Shown here piece after piece: positions 15,199 through 28,529 of a stretch of 64,000 bases of DNA. This DNA comes from Octopus vulgaris (lineage: Eukaryota), in the NCBI GenBank assembly GCA_951406725.2, contig OX597833.1:11098001-11162000 (forward strand). Reading direction: 5' to 3'. Position numbers and translations under genes: made by a program. Within the stretch, counting starts at the first letter, position 1, and every line of letters starts with the position of its first letter. Under the pieces are notes generated by a model that was given only the letters and a program-made list of their open reading frames with translations, searched no databases and was not told the DNA's origin.

Positions 15199-15260
<62 letters not shown>

Positions 15261-18200
15261 CACATATACATATATATATATATAATCGGGATGAACAGAA
15301 GCAAACACTTTTTAAATTATGTATATATATATGTATATATAGGAAAAAAGCAACAAGAATGGATTAAAATCTCGGTACGATCGTTTCGTACTAGGACATC
15401 TTTAATAAGCTACAAAAAATGCAGTGAATACAGATGGCTCGTACTCGTCAGCCGAAAAAAACATCAGAGAATTCCCAAACATCAAAAGGGGTAGATACAA
15501 AAGAGGTTGTAATATTAACTGCATTGAAGAAAGTTCGATTCATGGAGATCCGATGAAAGGTTTTAAACTTACAGAATTTGTGCATGTCTACATATAGCTC
15601 ATATTGAATTTCAAATCAAGTTGTGTGAAGAAATTTTCGGATACAGTTATGCAAAATTTCTGAAAATCCGGGCAGGAAGCAAAGTGACTGTCATATCATG
15701 TAGAGGGAAGTCTGAGTAAAAAGCAAAGTGACTGTTAAATCGTGTAGAGGAGCAGATTATTGTTGCAATTTACTAGAATCACAGATAAGTTCGATTCTTG
15801 GAGATCCGATGAAAAGTTTTGAACTTACAGAATATGTGCATGTCCATATAGTTCATAATCCAGTTTTGTGAAGAGATTTAGGGTACAATCATGCGAGAAA
15901 TATCAGGGAAACTGTATGAGAAGCGAAATAACTGTTTTATACTGTGGAGTTGCCGGTTGTTCTGTATTTCAAAGGACCGGCCTTGTCACTCTCTGTGTCA
16001 CGCTGATTATCCCCGAGAACTACGTTAAGGGTACACGTGTCTGTGGAGTTCTCAGCCACTTACACGTTAATTTCACGAGCAGGCTGTTCCGTTGATTCGG
16101 ATCAACCGGAACCCTCGTCGTCGTAACCGACGGAGTGCTTCCAATAACTAGAATATTGTAATTTTAACACATCATTGCTTTACATCTAATAGGGTGACCT
16201 GCTATATTTTGTTACCCCTGAATTGCGAGAAACGTCTAGAACGTCACTTTGAAGATAGCCTACTAAAGAATTTTTCTCGCAATTTAATAGTTTGCAGAAA
16301 GCAGTCAAGCTGCGGTGATGGCAATTTGGAAGCACGTTGTGTCATAAGATATTCTGCTAAACTGAACATAAACCATACAGACATACACTGGCCAAAATAA
16401 GTTTAAGACCGATGATGACAGTTCCGTTCCTTCATTGATTTATTTTAAACAAGACTGAATAAAATCACTTTACCTTCTACACTGTATGAACACTTTCTTT
16501 TTCTCTTTCGAATCATATAGGCATTATATATCTTTCTACAGTTTGAATAATTTTAATGTGTAATTAATTCAAATGATTAAAAATTGTCGGTAAAATAAGT
16601 CTAAGACCTACCAATATTATTGTGTTTAAATTTAAAATTTACGGCACAAATGATCAACAAAGATTTATTATTAATATCTAATAAATTCTATAGCTATTAT
16701 TTTCAATTACGGCCTTAGAACGGTGAGACATGGAATTCGACAAATGAGCACAAAAATCACTCGGAATGTTTTGCTATATTTCTTCAATAAAATTATAGAA
16801 TTGGGACAAATTTGTTTTTTTAGCATGAACTCTTTTAGAAATATGATTCAATAAATTTTCTATCGGATTCAAATCCTGGCTCCGCGGAGGCCACTCAATA
16901 ACCACCATATTATTGCGCTCAAAATATTGCAAAACTTTCCTAGCCTTATGAACGGGGTAGTTGTCCTGCTGGAAAATAGATCCCGGTGGCATCTGATTAT
17001 TCAAATAAGGCAGCACATTTTCATTTACTAATTGCAGAGAGTCTACATTGCTCATTCTGCCATCAACCTTATTGGATTGGACGAAAACCTAAGCTGCTGA
17101 ACACGGCTTACACTTAGGATGGAATTTTTCAGGCGTCAAACATAAGGCTTTCCCTCTAATCCAAAGATGCAGAAGCCAAATTTGTCGCTCCAAACAACTT
17201 TTGATCAGTCTTCGGCCGTCCTTTCAATGTGACATTTAGCAAACTTGATCCGCTTTCACCGATTCGTCTCAGAAATTATCGGCTTCTTTCGAGCGATCTA
17301 GCCGAACAGTCAAAATTCCCTTAGGTGGTTTCTGAGAGTGGTGTAAAGCTGATGTGAGTTTCATCAGATAATTGCTTGCAAATGTCCACTACTGTTAGCA
17401 TTCAGTTACCCTCAGAGAGCCTATGAATTCTGTTTCTTTATTACCCACAAGGGGCTAAATATAGAGGGGACAAACAAGGACAGACAAACGGATTAAGTCG
17501 ATTACATCGACTCCAGTGCGTAACTGGTACTTAATCTATCGACCCCAAAAGGATGAAAGACAAAGTCGACCTCGGCGGAATTTGAACTCAGAACGTAACG
17601 GCAGACGAAATACTGCTAAGCATTTCGCCCGGCGTGCTAACGGTTCTGTCGAATTCGCCGATCTATCTGTGCTGCTGTTTTTCTCGGAAAGTGCGGTCTT
17701 TGCTGACCTTTGTATTGGCCAGTGGCTTGGTAAAACGTCTAGGCTTGAACACAAGCCGTTTTTCTGCATCCTAATTGCTTTCTAATGTTCATGAAGGACA
17801 TATTTTTCTGATGAAGTAACACGATCTTTGATCCAGTAACTGGACTGACACTACGATGCTTTCCTATTGCGAATTAATGTGTAACAATGTTCGATTATTA
17901 AACAAAACTGTGCAGTACGACCAGCCATATGGCCACCCATTTGGTTTATTAATTTGCATAATCTTGGTACGGTCTTAAACTTATTTTTTCGACAATTTTT
18001 AATAATTTGAATTAATTGTGCATTAAAATTATTCAGATTGTAGAAAACTATATAACGCCTGTATCGTTCGAAAGAGAAATTTTTTTACATAAACTGTAAA
18101 AAGTAAAACGATGTTATATAGTTTTGTTAAAAATAAACTAATGAGGGAATAGAACAGTTATCATCGGTCTTAAACTTATTTTGCCCAGTGTATATGAAAT

Positions 18201-18494
18201 GCTTCGGGCTGTTTATGGATGTTCTTGTAGGAGCGGATTATCAGTTTTTCGACGGTACCAGATCTACGCACCAAACCTATCGAAACCATCATCATCATCC
18301 ACTTGGTTCTCTCTGGTTAACAAATTGTAATTTGTGGAAGTTTGCGGGTAGTCCAAGAGGAGAGATAAACGCAAAAGGCTAGAGTACTGCAATAGGTACA
18401 CTGGAATCAGAGCATTCTGCTTTGAAATCGATGTCTCTCTTGAACTAAGTATCAACACTTTTGCAATATAATGTATTTATATATACATATATAC

Positions 18495-18582
<88 letters not shown>

Positions 18583-20000
18583 ATATGCTTATTGGAGAAT
18601 GGTTATGGATTATCTATAATTGTTTCAGTCATTAGACTGCCATTACGCTGGGGCACAGCCAAGACTTAATTCTATCGCTCTCTATTGCTGAACTGCGAAG
18701 CTTAAGGAACACAAACTCACCAACGCCAGCCGTCAACCGGCGGTGGGTTGCAAGCGCTATGAAACACACACACACACGCACACATATACGACAGGTTTCT
18801 TCCAGTTTCCGTCTACCATTTCCACTCGTAAGACTTTGGTAGAAATACTTGCCCACGGTGTCACACTGTGGGACTGAACCCGGAATCATATTGTTAGAAA
18901 GCAAGCTTCTTACCACACAGTTACGCTTCACTCATGCATACATACATACGTAAATACATGCATACACAGACACACACAGACACATATATATATTGGAAAT
19001 GAAAGACAGAAATTGGAATATACGAGAATTTATTATTAATCACGACAATTGTCTCGACACATCTAGCATCGATTCGTCTTGGGTGAGACACTCAACAACT
19101 GGTTCAGGAGTATCCGGTGGTGCAGTTGTATCTCGTCGGGTGATAAATAGATACATCTCGTTAAAATGACTGTTCAGCAATGTAACTTTCCGTTTTGTAG
19201 AGAGAAAAACAACCAGACGGATGAAATATCTTCGTTTATATAGAAGACAAAAATGAAATCGCTGATGATAAAAAGAGAAACGAACACTCAATCTAGCGAG
19301 AAAAGTATTAAAATTAACCGTTAATAGATATGGATGTAAAAACACCCTCGCGAAAACTGTATGGCGCGAGTAGAATCGCTCATACAAGCATCCCCCAAAA
19401 TGTAAGCATAGGTACACGACAGGTTTTGTGGACTCATGATCACAAAGCAAGTTAGATATTTACTTGGTGTTTATAAGAATGGGTATGTTAGAAATACACT
19501 TAAGTCAGCCATGCCTTAAAGTAAATTATGTTAAGTTAACGGTTATTCGAAATTCATTCTCACTGCATTATGCGAGGGCGCTTTTATGAGCGTGTAGGCA
19601 CCTCGCGGGTCGTTCAGAAAATCTATTAATTATACTTTCGTTATTTCACAGAGTATGTATGTATGTATGTATGTATGTATGTATGTATGTATGTATGTAT
19701 GTATGTATGTATGTATGTATGTATGTATGTATGTATGTATGTATGTATAAAGTCATTACGCTGTGCCTAAGGCCTACAATTTTATGTGTGTATGTATGTA
19801 TATATATATACACACTCACACACATATATATACATATATCATATACATATATGTATATATATATATATATATATACACATACACACACACACATATATAT
19901 GTATGTATATATATATATGAATATATATACATAATTTAATAAATAAAATATATGCATACATACATATATGTACGTTCCTACTTCTACATGTATATATACA

Positions 20001-20052
<52 letters not shown>

Positions 20053-20435
20053 TACAGGACACCACAAATAGACGTAGAACTCAACGAGAAACGAAAACAT
20101 AAAAACATGGAAACGGACTTTTTTAACAACGAAAAAACAGAACACAAGGCAAACAACACAAGGAACATTCCCCTTCATCAGCTGTCCCCGGTTCGACTCC
20201 ATGCGTGTTTCGAAGGACAGAACACGACCCGTCGAACCGGTCCTTCCTGCAAAGGAATTAAATAAAAATCCTTTGTAGAGGGATAAAAACAAGGAAAGAA
20301 AAAATTGTGACAAGAACAGGACGTAAAAGTCAATACAAATAAAAATACAAATACAAAAAGAAATACAGTACACATAAAGAATAAAAACAGGACAAAGAAA
20401 CCAACATTGAGGGCCTTTTCTTTTTTCCAAGTATG

Positions 20436-20473
<38 letters not shown>

Positions 20474-20555
20474 CATACATATATATATATACATATATAT
20501 ATATATACATAAGTATTATATACATATATATGTTTATATCTATACATATATATAC

Positions 20556-20622
<67 letters not shown>

Positions 20623-21985
20623 CATATATATATGATTGATTCTAGTTTCAGCTCACGAGCTGTGGCCGTGCTGGGGCACCGCCATTTGGTGTTGCTACAT
20701 GGTTTTACTTCACAAATGCTTTTTAGCAACTGCCATTTGGTGCATGAGTGAGTTCAGCTGCCCTCATCTGCACCTCCTGCCGTGAAGTTGGTTCATCTGG
20801 GATACCTGACAGGAAGAGATCCAATCCTACTTTAAAGACATCCGCATCCACACCATGCAGGTCCTTCAGGTTCTTCGGGAGGATATTGAAGAGCTGTGGG
20901 CCTCTGAAGCCCAGGCTATCACAATATCTTGTCCTACATCTTGATGGCGAATTTGGAGTCCTTGGTACTATGCAGTGGCGTCCGGTTCTGGCATTTGTGT
21001 GACTCTCGATGCCAAAGTCTGGGACAAGTCCTTCCAAGATCTTCCAGATATACATTATGGCATATCTTTCTCGCCTACGCTCCAGGGAATAGAGCTTTAA
21101 TCTCTTGAGTCTTTCCCAGTAGCTCATATGTTGCACAGAGGCTATCTCCTTCGTGTAGCTTCGTTGGATCGCCTCAAGTTCTGTGATCGACTTGACACTG
21201 GATGGTGACCATAGCTGAGAGCAATAGTCAAAGTGGCTTAGGACAAGTGTCTTCCAGAGGACCATCATGGTTTCTTGTTCTCTTGTTCTAAAGGTTCTAA
21301 GAATCCAGCCAGCCAGCCGTCTACATTTCATTGCCAGTTTAGCAACATGTACATGAAAGGTCGCGTCATCACTAATGTGAATACCAAGGTCACGCACTGA
21401 TTGTGCCTCTGGGATTGCAATCCCTCCGGGTCCAGTATATTCATTGGGTATTGCATTCAGTTTTGCATGCTGATAGTATAAAGCTTGAAACTTTTCAGCA
21501 TTGAACTGCATGCTATTCTTTTCAGCCCACTTGTATATTTCGTCCAGCTCACATTGCAGGTGCTTAGTGTCTTCATGGTTCTGTATTGCCTGTGAAACTT
21601 TTGTATCATCTGCATAACTTGTGATCGTGGCTCTCTGCGTGGCTGAGGGTATGTCTGAGAGGGCCATTATGAACAGTAGTGGTCCCAAAACAGTGCTCTG
21701 CGGAACACCGCTCACTATTTGCGTGTTAATGGAAATGGCCCTATTGGCTACTACCACCTGACTTCTATCTTTCAGAAAGTCATGAAGCCATTCTCCCAGT
21801 TTTCCAACTATGCTAAGATCACGCAGTTTGTGACATATCATTCCATGATCGACTTTATCAAAGGCCTTTGCAAAGTCGAGATATATCACTTCCACATTTG
21901 AGTGGTTGAGCAGTCGTTTCAGCACACAGTCATAGTGTTGTAGGAGCTGAGTTAAGCTGCCCTAACCACTGGGCCATTGCGCCTC

Positions 21986-22069
<84 letters not shown>

Positions 22070-23574
22070 TGAGAATGTGTGTCTGTCTGTGTGTTTCCTT
22101 AAAACTGAGAACTACACAACCAATTTCATTCAAATTTTACACATGCCTTACTTAGGGCAAGCCCACAGTAATATATCTTCTCCACTATTTCAGTATTACG
22201 TGTTAAAAATGAAACAAAAAATTTCTCTATTTTATGTCAGATACTTTCACATTAACAATAAAAATTTGAAATAATAATAACAATTGAATTATATGTAGTA
22301 AGTAATAATTAAAATCAAACTAAAGTATAATATAATCGTAACATAACAAAAGTAAAAATAGCAATTGGTATAAAATTGCATCAATGACTTGAAGTTGAAT
22401 AAGTGGCTTCACATGAATGGAAATAAATTAAAAATAAAATTAGCGTGCAGAAATGGAATAGTCCAGATGGAGCTGTACACATACCGTTTACCACGGCTTT
22501 TACATTAGATTATCTGCTAATTAGCTAGCATTAAGTATCTATATGAAGTTTGGTTGTATGTAATGTCTGTTTTCTCGAACAGCCGATTCTACTGAGTACT
22601 GCTGTTAGTTTATTTCTTATACATAAAGGACTATAGCTTCAACTGCGTACTGCTATTTGATTCACCGTAAGGTTTGTTGTTATTATTTCTGTTTAACTAT
22701 TGTTATCACGTTTGTTGGTTCCTCGTGAGGGAAATGTTGTTGCGTTGCATTTCTTAAATAATTGTAAACTGTAACCCTCCCCCTTTGGGAGAAGGAGCTT
22801 TGGTTATTGTTTAAAAATTTGATTGTGCCCCTGTTTGGGGAAATTGACAATATTTTCACCGTTTATACGAAGCATTTTCGTTAGAATGCCTTCGATAGAA
22901 GAAAGTCCAAAAATGAATATCGCTGCAGCCGTCGGAAGAAATACGGATTGATTACCGACAAAGACGGTGAATCTAGGATAACACCACCAAACGAAATAAA
23001 AAATTAAAGAAAAGACTTTTGTCTATAAAGTATACAATGTAGAGAAAAAAGAAGATTTGAACACCTGGAGGAAAGCACCATCGAAAAGTGTCTTGGTGCG
23101 ACTATGAAAGATATCTAACCAGAGGCGGTAAATTCGCCACAATAGAAGCAAGGTTCGAGTCAACGGAACGTGCAAGGGAGTACTCAACTTGAAACTTGCA
23201 AAGTGGAAATATTTTATTTTTACCTTTATATCTGGGACGTAGGACGTGCCGGAAAAAAATTTAAAATGCACCCCCCCCCCACCAGAAGTAGAGGTAGGCT
23301 GAATTGTAGCCACACTTCTATACAAGAGGGAGGACAAGCTACAATTGATCGAAATTGCAAGAGACGGGCCTACAATTCCAGTCTGTTATATATTTTGAGT
23401 ATTGTTATCACTAGCGATATCAAGATATAACTTTGTATTTTGTATTTTATGTGTAGATGTATATATATAGATGTACATGTAATATGTACACATATATATA
23501 CACATATATACATGCACTAGCACTATGAGCCGGCAACGACGGGTCTTTAATGCTAGTATATATATATATATATA

Positions 23575-23606
<32 letters not shown>

Positions 23607-24523
23607 AATATATATATATATATATCCTACTTATATTTTACAACAAAATATACACACGATATTCCAGGAAATTTTGCTTTTACTAGAAAACAATATTTCT
23701 ATTAGTGTATAACAACTTCATATTAAGCAATATTTTCAGATAATTAACAACAACTGTGCTACAAAATGAAAATCATTGTGAGATTTTTATCCACTCATTA
23801 TAATTACCGATTTCACCTGAAAAGCAAAATCGAAATTATGTAGAAATATGTGAGACACATAAGTTCTATAATTGAATATTTTCACCACTTCCAAAGTGAG
23901 CAATAGAAAACAGCCTGCACAGAAATAGGCGACAGTATGTTAAAATAGGTTGTGTATAGTTGAGATGTTTTCTGGCAACTGTTTCGAAAGAAATTTTAGT
24001 TTGTGTTTTGTCCATTAGACTTTATTCTCAAAATAATGAAACATATATATTTCTGTACTACCCACAAGAGGATAAACATAGAGGGGACAAACAAGGACAG
24101 ACATAGGTATTAAGTCGATTACATCGACCCCAGTGCGTATCTGGTACTTCATTTATCGACCCCCAAAGGATGAAATGCAAACTGGACCTCGGCTGAATTT
24201 GAACTCAGAACCTAACGGCAGACGAAATACAGCCACGCATTTCGCCCGGCGTGCTAACGGTTCTGCCAGCACGCCGCCTTAAATACTGAAGCATATAATT
24301 GGGTGATTTGTGACTTGTCTGTCTGTGTATCAAGCTAACTTGTCATACGCGTGGGTGCATATAATGCGTATCCCTCGTCTCTCCATCTATCTCCACCTCT
24401 CTCTCTCGCTCTCAACCTCTCTCACTGTCACTCACTCTGTCCCTATCTATCTATGCGCATTAGTAAAATTTACACATATACATATTTATAAAATGTGTAT
24501 ATATATGAATGTGTGTCTGTATG

Positions 24524-24554
<31 letters not shown>

Positions 24555-24558
24555 CTGC

Positions 24559-24613
<55 letters not shown>

Positions 24614-24853
24614 TATGCGAGCTTGTGTATATTAATACATATATTCTATACGGAGCAGAGGCAGGAAGACGGAAGTCACATACAAACACATACAAATTTC
24701 TCTACTCACTTGTTCTGATTTCTCTTCCATTTTCCTTATCCTTGAATCTTGGTGAAGAACCGTTATGGTGAGAATGAGAACTAATCCGAAAGCTACGAGA
24801 GAAGAAATGGAAAAACGTTGCGAAACGTTCCTGGACAGCTGAGAGAAATCCAT
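4149..24853 (-). CDS. Paralog A: short-chain collagen C4-like secreted/type II membrane protein, 253 aa, join(24853-24710,14001-13950,11022-10948,4639-4149)
   Basis: Four exons (144+52+75+491=762 nt), all GT-AG introns with compatible phases 0/1/1, no internal stops. Motifs [52 protein letters not shown] match the invertebrate short-chain collagen C4 (collagen IV NC1-related) family. Same exon structure in two paralogs. Confidence 0.88.
5135..5570 (+). mobile_element. tRNA-headed SINE family 1 (representative full copy)
   Basis: ggcgcaggagtggctgtg..gg (A box), ggttcagtccc (B box), internal (TA)n/(TG)n, tail (gtaaaaga)n. Other copies at ~330-730, 2509-2827, 5710-6103, 6952-7326, 8765-9168, 9238-9645, 11352-11783, 11905-12365, 34290-34698, 40317-40870, 45055-45504, 56727-57129, 61660-62044, 62660-62860, 63945-64000. 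Confidence 0.9.
6518..6845 (+). mobile_element. tRNA-headed SINE family 4 (representative)
   Basis: atggctcagtggttagagcg..ctcgaatccc head, gtgttcttgagcaaggcacttt box. Other copies at 25940-26228(-), 37268-37590(-), 53579-53770(-). Confidence 0.8.
7326..7873. repeat. (TATG)n compound microsatellite
   Basis: Direct reading. Confidence 0.95.
9646..10720 (+). mobile_element. Decayed MULE/Mutator-like transposase fragment with ~15-bp subterminal tandem repeats (10590-10720)
   Basis: Frameshifted peptides [46 protein letters not shown] resemble MULE transposase motifs; gaatttaccntagtg repeats. Confidence 0.65.
10948..11022 (-). CDS. Paralog A exon 3 ([26 protein letters not shown])
   Basis: ttttacag| acceptor, |gttagt donor, 75 nt, phase 1-1; homologous to 41162-41236 and 62421-62495. 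Confidence 0.9.
12435..12584 (-). mobile_element. 3' end fragment of the same LINE family with (aatc)n tail
   Basis: High similarity to 20633-20765. Confidence 0.8.
13535..13933 (-). mobile_element. Non-autonomous Helitron (~400 bp family)
   Basis: TCTTTATATATAAAAG...cccgagcaacgccggg...CTAG; A|T target. Confidence 0.85.
13950..14001 (-). CDS. Paralog A exon 2 ([17 protein letters not shown])
   Basis: tttcacag| acceptor, |gtaaga donor, 52 nt, phase 0-1; homologous to 38944-38995 and 61090-61141. Confidence 0.85.
14833..15204. repeat. Perfect inverted repeat, 184-bp arms, 4-nt loop (ttgc, 15017-15020)
   Basis: Arms read as exact reverse complements. Confidence 0.95.
15060..15157 (+). ncRNA. 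Hammerhead ribozyme-like motif, type I (mirror copy on minus strand at ~14880-14977)
   Basis: UUUUC-CUGAAGA(15072)-GAA..GCAUA/UAUGC..UUC-GAAA(15133)-CAUAUC-UC-GAAAA; stem III minimal with one mismatch. Confidence 0.55.
16386..18190 (-). mobile_element. Tc1-family DNA transposon, decayed, long IR/DR-type TIRs; SINE nested at ~17430-17650
   Basis: TA|cactgg.caaaataagtttaagaccgatgat...|TA at both ends; inner repeat aaaataagt[ct]taagacc at ~16592 and ~17971; ORF 16774..17055 contains [20 protein letters not shown]. Confidence 0.88.
20633..21960 (-). mobile_element. 5'-truncated LINE (CR1/L2-group-like); RT and C-terminus, ORF 20723..21925
   Basis: [43 protein letters not shown] motifs; short 3' UTR ending gctgaaactagaatcaatc. 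Confidence 0.9.
22060..23556 (+). mobile_element. Probable larger non-autonomous Helitron
   Basis: 5' tatataaaactgagaatgtgtgtctgtctg head resembling the short family; 3' hairpin (gagccg..cgggtc) + CTAG|T at 23553-23557. Confidence 0.55.
24710..24853 (-). CDS. Paralog A exon 1 coding part (MDFSQ...KSEQ; hydrophobic signal/anchor)
   Basis: ATG at 24853, donor CAA|gtgagt, 48 codons; conserved in B and C. Confidence 0.85.
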
Positions 24854-26246
24854 CGTGACGATAGTTGTCGGTGGTGGTACGTGATATTTCGTGTTGGCCC
24901 AACAATAAACTTAGAGTAGATCTAAGCTGGAGGCTTACAACTGGCTGCCTATGTATCTGTCTTAGATTTGAAGTTGGTCTCAGCTGAAGAACTGTTACTG
25001 ACTTCCTGACGACCTATTATATATGGAACCCAGCTCTGCCGAAAATCTTTTCGTGAATTCGTAAACCAATGGGAATACTATAACCAAAAAGTGTGGATGT
25101 ATACTTGTAAATGATAGGTTTTTGTGATTGGATAGATATTGTTTTATATATGTACACACACATACATACATACATACATACATGCATACATGCATACAAC
25201 ATACATACATACATGCATACATGCATACAACATACATACATACATACATGCGTGCATACATATATACATATATACATATATACATACATACATACATACA
25301 TACATACGTGCATACATATATACATACATACATACATACATGCATGCATACATACATACCTATATACATACATATATACATACATACATACATACATACA
25401 TATATTCATACATATATACATACATACATTCATACATACATGCATACATACATACATACATACTTGCATACATTCACACACACACACACATATTTTACGT
25501 TATGTTAAAGAAATAATATTTGTATATAACGTCAGAAACATGTTGGACTCAAATTTCTTGTCTGAGAAAAGTATCTTTATGTTCATTACCCCATGGTGGT
25601 TATTGTGTAGGCATAGCGATCTCCATGTGAGCTGAATTCTCGGACCTAGTAGCGTGTTGTGTTTGCGAGAGGGACTACCCATTTCACTTTGTTCTAGTAC
25701 TGTGTGGGGATCCGCATTTCAAAGACTAGACTTGCCCCACCCGCTTAAAATGTAGAATTAAAATCAGTCTTGCTCGGTCCATGTGTTAGAGGGTTGTCTC
25801 CTGAGTGGAAAAAAGGTGTCATGCTTTGGAGTAGAAACTCACCAACAAATGGTGGATGTAACGATATAACGTTTCGGTTCATGCTCTCATAAAGACACTC
25901 TTCACACGTGAATAAGCAGGGGATTGCTGCTAGAAAGTTCCTCTTCGAGGCAAAAGTCCGGGCAAGGTTGTGTTAAGGAAGACCATTTGTCGCCCATGCA
26001 TACTAGTCTCAACTCTCCACACCAAAGATTTTGTCCAAGGCAAAGTGAAAGGCCGGTACAGCTTGGCATCAGTGGTCTCACAACTATTTCTGCAGCTGAG
26101 TGAACCGGATGAATGTGAAATAAATCGTCTTGCGCAAGAACACAACACAGCCCGGTCCGGGAGTCGAACTCACAACTCCACGGTTACAGACCTAAACCTA
26201 AACCTCTAACCACTGAGCCATGCACTTTCACATAAGTATGCTCCCA

Positions 26247-26503
<257 letters not shown>

Positions 26504-26770
26504 GTGAAGGCAAATGGCTCAGTGGTTTGAGTGTCGGACGTTTGGCCGGAGTTTAGTGGTTGCTTCTGCTCAATGACGGAGCAATATCTATTTATCTAAT
26601 TATCTATTGCACCGATCTTGTTTATCACACAAGATGGCGTCGGTATCGTCATCATCGTCATTGTCATTGTCATCAGCGATCATCAATGGAGCATCAAGGT
26701 GAGGGATTTCATTCCTCCCACCGGACCTCCCGCTGAAGTAGACTTTTAACCCCTTCTGTCACTTACTCCC

Positions 26771-26808
<38 letters not shown>

Positions 26809-26932
26809 CGACGACGACGACGACGACGACGTATGTGAAGTCAGCAGCAGTATCCATGCGAAGATGGACAACGGGAAGCGAGAAGGAAGCAGTTGCTAAG
26901 GACAAAGACGAAAATGCAAATCCCCAGAACTA

Positions 26933-27584
26933 TTCAGTTGGTGCATAATTACTGCGGTTATTTTTTTTTTCCAACAAATTTTATTCAACAAAAACAATAT
27001 CATTAACTAGCAGTATAGCCCGGCGTTGCTCGGGATTGTTTCGACCCTTTAGAATTGGAATTTTTGAAAAGTAAAAATTTTGCATTATGTAGCTTGTTAT
27101 TCTCTTTAAGTGAACATTTTTCTGGTTGAAATACACCGAAAAATTGCGACACAGCAGTTAAAAAATCGTAAAAAATAGGGATTTTCATAGAAAAAAGCAC
27201 CTTTTGATGTAAATAATTTTTGGTGTTAACATGGTCCGATTTGAATTTTTTCTTCTACGGAAGGAAGAGCAAGCCTTCTTCTATCATACTCACAATTTTG
27301 GTCAACTTGCGCCGCAGGGTCTCGGAGGATATAGTGTTAGTTGAAGGCTACCAAACCTGCCATACACAGACAACTTCAGCTTTATATAGAGAGAGATTAA
27401 CAAAAACATATTTAAATGATGGTCCGACCGTCTATCAAGTAAATAGGAAGCAGTAATTGAAGTAGATGGTGATTATGCTCCGGAATAATCATTTACAGAT
27501 GTTTTTGTTACATGTTGTTATCGTTTTTGTCGAATAAAATTTATTAAAAAAAAAAAAAACCGCAGTAATTATGCACCAACCCAA
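26933..27584. mobile_element. mariner-type MITE
   Basis: TIRs gttggtgcataattactgcgg / ccgcagtaattatgcaccaac flanked by TA; similar to cecropia-subfamily mariner TIRs. Confidence 0.75.
27007..27396 (-). mobile_element. Non-autonomous Helitron nested in a mariner MITE
   Basis: TC...hairpin-CTAG termini. Confidence 0.75.
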
Positions 27585-28467
27585 TAGTTATTTTAAATGT
27601 GTTTCGCGTAAGAATTAGTACCCATATGTTAAGTTAGAGATCTGAAGGACATCTTAGAAGACGTGGCCTACAGACAAAGAGGCTGACAGTATGCCAGCAT
27701 CGAAAGGCTGCGAGCTGGCAGAAGTGTTAGCACGCTGGCCGAAATGCTTAGCGGTATTTCGTCTGCCGTTACGTTCTGAGTTCAAATTCCGCCGAGGTCG
27801 ACTTTGCCTTTCATCCTTTCGGGGTCGATAAATTAAGTACCAGTTACGTACTGGGGTCGATATAATCGACTTAATCCGTTTGTCTCTCCTTGTTTGTCCT
27901 CTCTGTGTTTAGCACCTTGTCGGTAATAAAGAAATAGGTATTTCGTCTGTCTTTACGTTCTGAGGTCAAATTCTGCTGAGGTCTATTTTTCCTTCCTCCT
28001 TTAATGGTCGATAAATTAAAGACAGACGAAATACCTATTTCTTTACTACCCACAAGGGGCTAAACACATAGAGAACAAACAAGGACAGACAAAGGGATTA
28101 AGTCGATTATATCGACCTCAGTGCGTAAATGGTACTTATTTTACTCGACCCTGAAAGGATGAACGGCAAAGTCAACCTCGGCGGAATTAGAACTCAGAAC
28201 GTAACGGCAGACGAAATAAGGCTTCGCATTTCGCCCGGCGTGCTAACACTTCTACTAGCTCGCCGCCTTACCGGCTGATTATTATAATATTTTATCCTTT
28301 AAATTATCCTGAGAATACAAAAATCCTATGCATTTTCCTTCTTTTATTGTATATTATTCATTACAACTCAGCACGTGAGGAAAATCGGAAAATCTTTCCG
28401 ACAAAACTCGTTTTAACCACACACACATATCTGTATGTATGTATGTATACACACACACACACATACA

Positions 28468-28529
<62 letters not shown>

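Noticed and set aside
15505-15900. Diverged ~250-bp direct repeat
   Set aside because: Looks like an ordinary internal duplication in an old repeat; no termini or coding signal identified.
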